Assembly: GCA_015233335.1 (NCBI GenBank)
Contig: JADFXX010000013.1
Span: 1-60,662 of the forward strand
Reading direction: 5' to 3'
DNA from: Candidatus Omnitrophota bacterium
GTDB taxonomy: Bacteria > Omnitrophota > Gorgyraeia > Zapsychrales > Fredricksoniimonadaceae
DNA length: 60,662 nt
Position numbers and translations under genes: made by a program. Each line of letters starts with the position of its first letter. Position 1 is the stretch's first letter. This document shows positions 9,472-17,271 of this stretch, piece by piece. The notes beneath the pieces are model-generated. The model saw nothing but the letters and a program-made list of their open reading frames with translations, did no database searches and was not told where the DNA came from.

Positions 9472-9825
9472 ATGCTAGAATACGCCGCGGTCTTATTTGC
9501 TTTTTTATTTGCATTAGCGACAGCGACCATCTTATTGACGATCCCCAGGTTTTTAAGCCCTAAATTTCCAAGCCAAGTTAAATCAAAGCCATTTGAATGC
9601 GGCATGACCCCTTTTTCTTCACCCGTCGGTCATGCCCCTGTGCATTTTTATATCATAGCGATGCTTTTTATTGTGTTTGACGTAGAGTTGGTATTTTTGT
9701 TCCCGTGGGCTGTCGTGTTTAGGAAGTTAGGCATTTTCGGTTTAGCAGAGATGGGCGTCTTTTTGGGCTTTGTGGCTTTAGGGCTTATTTATGTCTTAAA
9801 GAAAAATGCCTTGGAGTGGAAATGA
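9472..9825 (+). CDS. nuoA: NADH-quinone oxidoreductase subunit A
   Basis: 117 aa, 3 TM helices, with KPFECGM and FIVFDVELVFLFPW. Confidence 0.93.
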   Translation: MLEYAAVLFAFLFALATATILLTIPRFLSPKFPSQVKSKPFECGMTPFSSPVGHAPVHFYIIAMLFIVFDVELVFLFPWAVVFRKLGIFGLAEMGVFLGFVALGLIYVLKKNALEWK

Positions 9826-10319
9826 ATTTTTTTACTTCAAAGTTGAATGATGCGCTCGGCTGGGCGCGCAAATTTTCCATTTTTCAATATCCGTTTGTGA
9901 CGGCCTGCTGCGGGATGGAGTATATGTCGACCGCGGCCTCTCATTATGACGTGGACCGCTTTGGCGCGGGGTTCCCGCGTTTTTCTCCAAGGCAATCAGA
10001 TGTCTTATTTGTCGTCGGTACGATCAGCCAGAAAATGGCTCCTGTCCTTAAAAAAGTACATGATCAAATGTGCGATCCTAAATGGGTGGTGGCCTTCGGG
10101 GTTTGTACCTGTACGGGAGGCTTTTATGATAATTATGCGACCGTGATGGGCATTGATACCATTATTCCGGTCGATATTTATATTCCGGGATGTCCGCCGC
10201 GGCCTGAAAATGTTATTGATGGTTTGATCAAACTTCAGGCGAAAATCCAAAAGGGAGAGCAGTCGAGGACTCTCTATGATCCGCTGACAAAAACAGGTCG
10301 ACCTGCCGATATCCAGTAA
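9816..10319 (+). CDS. nuoB: NADH-quinone oxidoreductase subunit B
   Basis: N2-cluster ligand motifs CCGMEY, GVCTCTGG and PGCPPRPE. Confidence 0.95.
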   Translation: MEMNFFTSKLNDALGWARKFSIFQYPFVTACCGMEYMSTAASHYDVDRFGAGFPRFSPRQSDVLFVVGTISQKMAPVLKKVHDQMCDPKWVVAFGVCTCTGGFYDNYATVMGIDTIIPVDIYIPGCPPRPENVIDGLIKLQAKIQKGEQSRTLYDPLTKTGRPADIQ

Positions 10320-10334
10320 GGGTATTTTTATCTC

Positions 10335-10829
10335 ATGACACCAGGACAAATAGTTCAAGAACAATTTTCGCAACAGATGATTGAGGCCCATGATTTTAGA
10401 GGGGACCAAACTCTGATTATTCAAGCCCCTGCTTTGAGGGCGGTCGCCCTCTTTTTAAAAGAAAAACCGGAACTAGATTTTAACTTTTTGATGGACCTGA
10501 CGGCGGTCGATTATTTGTTTTTTGCCGGGGGAAGAGTCGCCAAGGCATGGCGTTTTGAAGTGGTATATCATTTTTATTCCTTGAAGCACAATCAACGCCT
10601 TCGTCTGAAGGTTCCTGTCGAAGAAAAGAACCCTGAAGTAGAGACCCTATGTGACCTATGGGCCTCTGCCAATTGGTATGAGAGAGAAGTTTGGGATATG
10701 TTTGGCATTCGCTTCAAAGGCCACCCGAATCTAAAGCGCATTTTAATGTATGAGGAATTTAAAGGCCATGCCTTACGGAAAGATTATCCGTTTAATAAAC
10801 GTCAGCCGTTGATCGGACCCCAGTACTGA
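10335..10829 (+). CDS. nuoC: NADH-quinone oxidoreductase subunit C
   Basis: ANWYEREVWDMFGIRFKGHP signature. Encoded separately from nuoD. Confidence 0.93.
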   Translation: MTPGQIVQEQFSQQMIEAHDFRGDQTLIIQAPALRAVALFLKEKPELDFNFLMDLTAVDYLFFAGGRVAKAWRFEVVYHFYSLKHNQRLRLKVPVEEKNPEVETLCDLWASANWYEREVWDMFGIRFKGHPNLKRILMYEEFKGHALRKDYPFNKRQPLIGPQY

Positions 10830-12151
10830 TGACTCAGACACGTTCCATGTTGTTAAATGTAGGCCCTTCTCACCCGGCGATGCACGGTGTCATTCGCCTT
10901 ATGGTGGAGGTTGACGGCGAGAAGATCAAGGGTGTTGATGTCGAAATAGGCTATCTTCACCGGGCCTTTGAGAAAATGTGTGAAACCGTGATGTACGCGC
11001 AGTGTTTTCCCTACACAGACCGTCTTAATTATGTTTCACCGCTTATTAATAATGTGGGGTTTGCCTTGTGTGTTGAAAAACTGCTGGGGATTGAGATTCC
11101 GGAACGCGCTAAATATATTCGGGTCATCATGAGCGAAATTTCGAGGGTCACCGACCATTTGACCTGCATCGCCGCTTCTGCGATGGAACTTGGGGCCATG
11201 TCCGTGTTTTTGTATATGATCAAGGCCCGGGAATATTTGTATGAATTGGTAGAAGAAATTACAGGGGCAAGGCTTACCATTTCTTATGTGAGAATAGGCG
11301 GGGTCAAGGCGGATTTGACGCCCGGCTTTGCTGATCATGCGTTCCAGAAGATAGCAGAAGTCCGCAGGGTCCTTATTGAAGTGGACGGCTTGTTGACCCG
11401 TAACCGCATTTTCTTTGACCGGATGAAGGATGTCGGAAAGATTTCTAAGGAAGATGCAATTTCTCACGGTATTACCGGGCCATTCTTAAGATCAACGGGA
11501 GTTTCTTACGATGTGCGCAAGGCAAATCCATATCTGATCTATGATCGATTGGATTTTGAGATCCCCCTCGGAACGACCGGAGATAATCTTGATCGGTACT
11601 TTGTTCGTATGGCAGAGATGGAACAATCCTTAAGGATGATCGAGCAGTGCTTCCAACAAATTCCAGAGGGAGAGATTTCCGGGGACTTAACAGGTTGTGT
11701 GATACCTGCCTCCCAGATGGTTGACCGCGCTAAGATGGGACAAACCCGGGAGTTCATTGAAGATGAAGTTGCGGTGGATCCCACTTTGCAAGGCAGCACC
11801 AGGAAGTATCATGATGCGATCAATGCGGATAAAAAAGAAGTCGTGTTGCCGGCTAAAGAAAATACTTATGGAAATATCGAAGGATTGATGAACCATTTTA
11901 AGCTGGTCATGTATGGCCACGGGATCCATCCTCCAGTCGGCGAGGCATATTTTCCGGTCGAGGGGGCCAATGGGGAGCTGGGATTTTACATCGTTTCTGA
12001 CGGCCGAGACCTCCCATGGCGGGTGCGTGTCCATCCGCCATGTTTTCCCATTATGGCGGCATTGCCTAAATGTCTGGTTGGAGGGATGATGGCAGACTTA
12101 GTCGCTACTTTCGGCTCGGTTAATATGATCGCGGGGGAGTTGGACAGATAA
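10829..12151 (+). CDS. nuoD: NADH-quinone oxidoreductase subunit D (with an apparent internal insertion)
   Basis: LNVGPSHPAMHGV N-terminus, EGANGELGFYIVSDG and GELDR C-terminus. At 440 aa it is longer than the roughly 400-410 aa I remember for this subunit. Confidence 0.93.
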   Translation: MTQTRSMLLNVGPSHPAMHGVIRLMVEVDGEKIKGVDVEIGYLHRAFEKMCETVMYAQCFPYTDRLNYVSPLINNVGFALCVEKLLGIEIPERAKYIRVIMSEISRVTDHLTCIAASAMELGAMSVFLYMIKAREYLYELVEEITGARLTISYVRIGGVKADLTPGFADHAFQKIAEVRRVLIEVDGLLTRNRIFFDRMKDVGKISKEDAISHGITGPFLRSTGVSYDVRKANPYLIYDRLDFEIPLGTTGDNLDRYFVRMAEMEQSLRMIEQCFQQIPEGEISGDLTGCVIPASQMVDRAKMGQTREFIEDEVAVDPTLQGSTRKYHDAINADKKEVVLPAKENTYGNIEGLMNHFKLVMYGHGIHPPVGEAYFPVEGANGELGFYIVSDGRDLPWRVRVHPPCFPIMAALPKCLVGGMMADLVATFGSVNMIAGELDR

Positions 12152-12152
12152 T

Positions 12153-12617
12153 ATGTTTTCAGCAGAATATTTACAAGAGTTGGATAAAATCACAGCCAAG
12201 TATGAACAAAAACGAGCGGCCCTTTTGCCTGTGTTGCATTATGTCCAACACAAAGAGGGATTAATTTCACAAGATGCTGAGCAAAACATCGCAGAGTATT
12301 TGGAGATTTCGGTTGTTCATGTCCATGAAGTCGTCAGCTTTTATCATTTGTTCCATCAGACCAAAAAGGGTCAGTATCATTTTTCGGTTTGCCAGACCAC
12401 TGCCTGCGCCTTGCGGGGAGGAGAACAAATCATAGAACATCTCAAAGAACGGCTGGGCATTACACCGGGCCAAACAACACCTGACGGAAAATTCAGCTTA
12501 AGTGTAGTGGAGTGCCTGGGGGCCTGTGAGATCGCACCGGTGATGCAGGGCAATAAAGAGTATATCGGCTGCTTGAACAAAAAGAAAATTGACGAGATCA
12601 TCGATAAGAATAAATAG
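12153..12617 (+). CDS. nuoE: NADH-quinone oxidoreductase subunit E
   Basis: 2Fe-2S ligands in SVCQTTACALRG and VECLGACEIAP. Confidence 0.93.
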   Translation: MFSAEYLQELDKITAKYEQKRAALLPVLHYVQHKEGLISQDAEQNIAEYLEISVVHVHEVVSFYHLFHQTKKGQYHFSVCQTTACALRGGEQIIEHLKERLGITPGQTTPDGKFSLSVVECLGACEIAPVMQGNKEYIGCLNKKKIDEIIDKNK

Positions 12618-12619
12618 AT

Positions 12620-13879
12620 ATGGAAAAAGTTGTTTCCCGACATTTTGATCAGGAAAATTCCCACAGCTTTATTAATTATTTAAAAGATAATGGCTATCGG
12701 GCTGCCCGTAAAGCATTGACTCAAATGACGCCTGCTTCCGTCATTGATGAGGTCAAGAAATCCAATTTGCGGGGTTTAGGTGGGGCAGGTTTCCCCACAG
12801 GGGTCAAATGGAGTTTTATTCCACAGGCGAGCCCTAAGCCTAAATATTTAGTCGTTAACGGGGATGAGGGAGAGCCGGGGACATTTAAAGATAAATACAT
12901 TCTTCAACAAGATCCGCACGCTTTGATTGAGGGGATCATTATCACCTGTTATGCCATAGGCAGTCACAAGGCTTATGTTTATGTCCGAGGAGAATATGAA
13001 AAGCCTTTACAAGCCCTGCTAACAGCCGTTGAGGAAGCCTATAAAGCCGGATTTTTAGGGCAGGCCGTTATGGGCAGCGAGTTTGATATTGATGTGGTTG
13101 TTCATCAGGGAGCCGGGGCTTACATTTGCGGCGAAGAAACAGCGCTTTTAGAATCGCTGGAAGGGAAAAAAGGGTTCCCTCGCCTTAAGCCTCCATTTCC
13201 GGCGGTGGTCGGACTATTTGGCTGTCCGACCGTTATCAATAATGTAGAGACCATTGCTTGTGTGGCACCGATCATTAATAAAGGAGCCGAGTGGTTCGCT
13301 AAATTAGGATGCGAGAAAAACGGCGGCAACCGGCTTTTTTGTGTGAGCGGGCACGTCCATAAGCCCGGAGTTTATGAGCTTCCTAATGGCACGACCTTGC
13401 GGGCCATTATCTATGAACATGCCGGGGGGGTCCTTAACGGGAACAAACTTAAAGCTGTTATTCCGGGAGGTATTTCAGCGCCCATTCTGACGCCGGACCA
13501 GATTGATGTAAAAATGGATTTCGATTCCCTTAAAGCCATCGGGACGATGGCAGGCTCCGGGGGGATCATCGTCATGGATGAGACGACCGATATGGTTTGG
13601 GCGGCGATGATAGCGGCCAGATTTTATGCAAATGAATCCTGCGGGCAGTGCTCTCCCTGCCGTGAAGGCAGCGGATGGGCGTATCGCAACATTAAAAGGA
13701 TTTATGAGGGCACCGCCCGGCCGTATGATTTGAAAAATCTCGCGGGGATCGTTAATAATATCGGAGGTAATACAATCTGTCCTTTCGGTGATGCGCTGAC
13801 AATGTGCGTCGGCAGCTATATTTCCAAATTCCGTAGTGAATTTGAAAATAAGATCAAAGAGAGAGTATGCCCAATTTAA
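12620..13879 (+). CDS. nuoF: NADH-quinone oxidoreductase subunit F
   Basis: GLGGAGFPTG, GAGAYICGEETALLESLEG and ESCGQCSPCREG. Confidence 0.95.
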   Translation: MEKVVSRHFDQENSHSFINYLKDNGYRAARKALTQMTPASVIDEVKKSNLRGLGGAGFPTGVKWSFIPQASPKPKYLVVNGDEGEPGTFKDKYILQQDPHALIEGIIITCYAIGSHKAYVYVRGEYEKPLQALLTAVEEAYKAGFLGQAVMGSEFDIDVVVHQGAGAYICGEETALLESLEGKKGFPRLKPPFPAVVGLFGCPTVINNVETIACVAPIINKGAEWFAKLGCEKNGGNRLFCVSGHVHKPGVYELPNGTTLRAIIYEHAGGVLNGNKLKAVIPGGISAPILTPDQIDVKMDFDSLKAIGTMAGSGGIIVMDETTDMVWAAMIAARFYANESCGQCSPCREGSGWAYRNIKRIYEGTARPYDLKNLAGIVNNIGGNTICPFGDALTMCVGSYISKFRSEFENKIKERVCPI

Positions 13880-15453
13880 CCATTGATGGACAACAGGTCG
13901 ATGTCCCTGTTGGGACTACGATCATCCAGGCTGCAAGGAAACTGGGGATCTCCATTCCCCATTACTGCTATCATCCGGCACTTCCTGTTGCCGGTAATTG
14001 CCGTATTTGCTTAGTTGAAGTTGAAAAACAGCCTAAACTGCAGATCTCCTGTTATACGCCGGTGGCGGAAGGCATGATCGTTCGTACTAATTCCCCGAAG
14101 GTGCTGGAGGCGCGGCAAAATGTATTAGAATTTTTATTGGTCAATCATCCGCTGGATTGCCCTGTATGCGATCAGGCAGGGGAATGTAAACTCCAAGATT
14201 ATTACATGAAGCATGGCCTTTACGACAGCCGTTTAGCTGATGTGAAAATTAAAAAGGAAAAGAAGGCTTTTGCGATCGGACGGACAGTGATGCTTGATCA
14301 GGAGCGTTGCATCCTGTGCACCCGATGTGTACGGTTCACAGAAAACATCACTAAAACCCATGAATTTGGTGTTTTTAATCGAGGCGATCATTCACAACTA
14401 GACCTTTATCCAGGCCGCAAGCTTGATAACAATTACTCCGGGAATGTCGTAGATATCTGTCCGGTCGGGGCCTTGACTGATAGAGATTTTCGTTTCAAAT
14501 GCCGTGTTTGGTATTTGGAAAAGACAAAGTCCGTCTGCCCGGGTTGTAGTCAGGGATGCAATATTACCGTCGAATGGGATAAAATGCGGCCGCATATTCA
14601 AAAGCAGGCACGGGTCATGCGTCTCAAACCCCGTTTTAATTCTGAGGTTAATGACTATTGGATTTGCGACAAGGGCCGGTATAATTACCATTTCATTGAT
14701 GAAAACAGAATTGTGCATCCGCAATTCAACAAAGAATCAATTTCTTGGGAACAGGCGATGGACATCCTGGCGGGGGCGGTTAACAGTTTGAAGATTTCAA
14801 AGCGCATGAACAGGATCGGCGTTTTAGCCTCGGCACAATTAACGAATGAAGATCTTTTTGTAATCAAGAAATTATTTAAGGACACTCTTGGGGGAGCTTT
14901 GGTCGATTTTAGAGTTCCGGAAAAGCCGGGGGAGAGCGACGAATTCCTCATGAAAGCAGATAAGAATCCCAACACAGCGGGTGCCGAAATCATTCTAGGT
15001 TCGGATACAAAACCGCAACAGATCGTGCAAAAAGCAAGGCAGGGAGAGATTGATTTGTTGTACGTGTTTGGTCATGACTTGAGTCAACTTTTTGGAAAAG
15101 AAGCGATCTATCAAATCTCAAAGAATGTCAAACTTTTTGTTTTTCAAGGCAGCAATGTCAATAACACGTGCAACTATGCCCATTTGATTCTTCCAAGCCA
15201 AGTCTACGCAGAAAAAGAAGGGACATTTACCAACTGTCAGTCACGTGTTCAACGCATTTGGCCGGCCTTTCAACCGCTCGGAGAGGCACGTGCTGATTGG
15301 GAAATTCTGTCTTTGTTGAGCGAAAGACTAGGGAGCGCTCTTAATTTTAAAGATCCCCGATCAATTTTTAACGAGATAGCAGCAACAATAGCTCCGTTTG
15401 CGGAATTAACGTATGAAAAGATTGGGGATAAAGGGACTACACTTGCGAAGTAG
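13867..15453 (+). CDS. nuoG: NADH-quinone oxidoreductase subunit G, short form
   Basis: N-terminal 2Fe-2S (CYHPALPVAGNCRICLVEV), HPLDCPVCDQAGEC, CILCTRCVRF and CPVGALT. Only 528 aa, so the molybdopterin-like C-terminal region is shortened. Confidence 0.9.
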   Translation: MPNLTIDGQQVDVPVGTTIIQAARKLGISIPHYCYHPALPVAGNCRICLVEVEKQPKLQISCYTPVAEGMIVRTNSPKVLEARQNVLEFLLVNHPLDCPVCDQAGECKLQDYYMKHGLYDSRLADVKIKKEKKAFAIGRTVMLDQERCILCTRCVRFTENITKTHEFGVFNRGDHSQLDLYPGRKLDNNYSGNVVDICPVGALTDRDFRFKCRVWYLEKTKSVCPGCSQGCNITVEWDKMRPHIQKQARVMRLKPRFNSEVNDYWICDKGRYNYHFIDENRIVHPQFNKESISWEQAMDILAGAVNSLKISKRMNRIGVLASAQLTNEDLFVIKKLFKDTLGGALVDFRVPEKPGESDEFLMKADKNPNTAGAEIILGSDTKPQQIVQKARQGEIDLLYVFGHDLSQLFGKEAIYQISKNVKLFVFQGSNVNNTCNYAHLILPSQVYAEKEGTFTNCQSRVQRIWPAFQPLGEARADWEILSLLSERLGSALNFKDPRSIFNEIAATIAPFAELTYEKIGDKGTTLAK

Positions 15454-15569
15454 ATAATGGTCCCTAGAACTGATTGGCGGCGGGTGGCTGTGACGTACGC
15501 GGTTCAATTAGGAGCACCTTAACATCAAGGCCGAGACAGGACCCGCGGTAGTAGAGGCTGGAGAGAATT

Positions 15570-16652
15570 ATGAGTGATATAGCGATTAAATTATTATTAA
15601 GCTGCGGCACGTTAGCCGGTGCGTTTGGAATTGCGGGTCTCTTGACCTGGGTTGAACGCAAGCAAAGTGCAGTCATGCAAGACCGCATTGGGGCCAATCG
15701 TGCCACCATTTTTGGTTTTAAGGCCCTGGGGCTTTTTCATGCGATCGCGGACTTTCTTAAGATGCTCAGTAAAGAAGAATTTATCCCTCAGGGGGCCAAC
15801 AAGTTTTTGTTTAATCTGGCTCCCTATCTGTCTTTTACGTTCGCGTTAGTTGCCTTTGCGGCCATTCCCATCGGTGATCGGTTAATCGTGGGAATCCGTA
15901 CGATTGATCTGCAAGCGGCGAATCTTAACATTGCCCTTATTTTTATTTTTGCCATGATGTCCATGGGTGTTTATGGGGTGGTGCTTGCCGGAGTGTCCTC
16001 CAATAACAACTATGCGTTTTTAGGAAGCATGCGTGCTGCGGCCCAGATGATTGCCTATGAAATCACCATGGGAGCGGCCATCATGGGAGTAATCATGGTT
16101 TTTAATACACTGGACCTTCAGATGTTAGTCCACAGAGAGGGCGCCTACATGCTTGGCGGCTGGCTTCCCAAATGGGGTATTTTTGTGCAACCGCTTGCAT
16201 TTATTTTATTTTTGACCGCGGCTGCCGCTGAAACCAAACGCACTCCATTTGATCTTCCCGAGGGAGAGGCGGAGATCATTGGGTATTTCGTGGAATATAG
16301 CGGCATGAAATTCGGGATGTTCTTTTTAGCCGATTTGATTGAGACCGTATTAGTCGCGGCTCTGATGACAACCTTATTCTTGGGCGGATGGCAGGTGCCG
16401 TATCTGCTGCCTGACGGCTTTTATTTTCCCTGGGGAGGTCATATTGCGCTTTCGAACATTCCGGTTGTCCTCTTGGGGATTTTGTCCTTTTTTATCAAGG
16501 TCAGTTTCTTTATCTGGCTTTTGATGAGTGTTCGCTGGACGTTTCCCAGATTTCGTTATGACCAGCTGATGAATTTGGGGTGGAAGGTTTTGCTTCCTGC
16601 ATCGCTTGTCAATATTGCTTTAACGGCTGTGGTCATCATTTTATTAAAGTAG
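15570..16652 (+). CDS. nuoH: NADH-quinone oxidoreductase subunit H
   Basis: Polytopic membrane protein with ETKRTPFDLPEGEAEIIGYFVEYSG. Confidence 0.95.
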   Translation: MSDIAIKLLLSCGTLAGAFGIAGLLTWVERKQSAVMQDRIGANRATIFGFKALGLFHAIADFLKMLSKEEFIPQGANKFLFNLAPYLSFTFALVAFAAIPIGDRLIVGIRTIDLQAANLNIALIFIFAMMSMGVYGVVLAGVSSNNNYAFLGSMRAAAQMIAYEITMGAAIMGVIMVFNTLDLQMLVHREGAYMLGGWLPKWGIFVQPLAFILFLTAAAAETKRTPFDLPEGEAEIIGYFVEYSGMKFGMFFLADLIETVLVAALMTTLFLGGWQVPYLLPDGFYFPWGGHIALSNIPVVLLGILSFFIKVSFFIWLLMSVRWTFPRFRYDQLMNLGWKVLLPASLVNIALTAVVIILLK

Positions 16653-16657
16653 AATTT

Positions 16658-17260
16658 ATGGACAATCCGAATCAAAAACGTCGTCAGGAATTAGAAAAAT
16701 ATTTTGATGTCCAAGGGCCCTTCGCTTTTTTGCGTCTGGCACAGATGAAGCGTGCCTGGAGGCAGGGCAATCGCCGTCAGTTGACGTGGTGGGAAAATAC
16801 ATATATTCCAACGCTCATCAGCGGTATTTGGCTGACATCCAAACATTTTTTTCGTAATTTGGGCTTTCATATCCTTCACTTAGTGGGTCTGTGTAAAGAT
16901 GTCCGTGCGGCTGTCACGTATCAGTACCCGGAACAGAAACGCCCTTTGGGCCTACGCCTTCGCACCCGCCACCGGCTGACAAAACGTGAGGATGACTCTC
17001 CCCGCTGTGTGGCCTGTATGATGTGTGAAACCGTATGTCCGGCCAGGTGTATCGAAATCACCGCGGCCGAGCATCCGGACCCTAATATCGAAAAATATCC
17101 TGCCGAATTTATCCTTGATTTAGGTAAATGTGTTTACTGCGGCTTTTGCGTTGAAGTCTGCCCCGAAGATGCCATCCGCATGGACACAGGGATACTTAAT
17201 ACCTCTGAATATTCCCGCGAAAGTATGATCTACAATAAAAAACGCCTAATGGAAGAATAA
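16658..17260 (+). CDS. nuoI: NADH-quinone oxidoreductase subunit I
   Basis: Two ferredoxin motifs, CVACMMCETVCP and CVYCGFCVEVCP. I trimmed the ORF-track start at 16580 (inside nuoH) to the ATG at 16658. Confidence 0.92.
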   Translation: MDNPNQKRRQELEKYFDVQGPFAFLRLAQMKRAWRQGNRRQLTWWENTYIPTLISGIWLTSKHFFRNLGFHILHLVGLCKDVRAAVTYQYPEQKRPLGLRLRTRHRLTKREDDSPRCVACMMCETVCPARCIEITAAEHPDPNIEKYPAEFILDLGKCVYCGFCVEVCPEDAIRMDTGILNTSEYSRESMIYNKKRLMEE

Positions 17261-17271
17261 GGGAAAAGTTA

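Noticed and set aside
15454-15569. The nuoG-nuoH spacer contains GGTTCAAT (T-loop-like) and a 21-codon ORF starting at 15457.
   Set aside because: No acceptor, D or anticodon stems can be drawn, so it is not a tRNA. The mini-ORF has no RBS. The spacer most likely carries only the nuoH RBS (GGAGAG).
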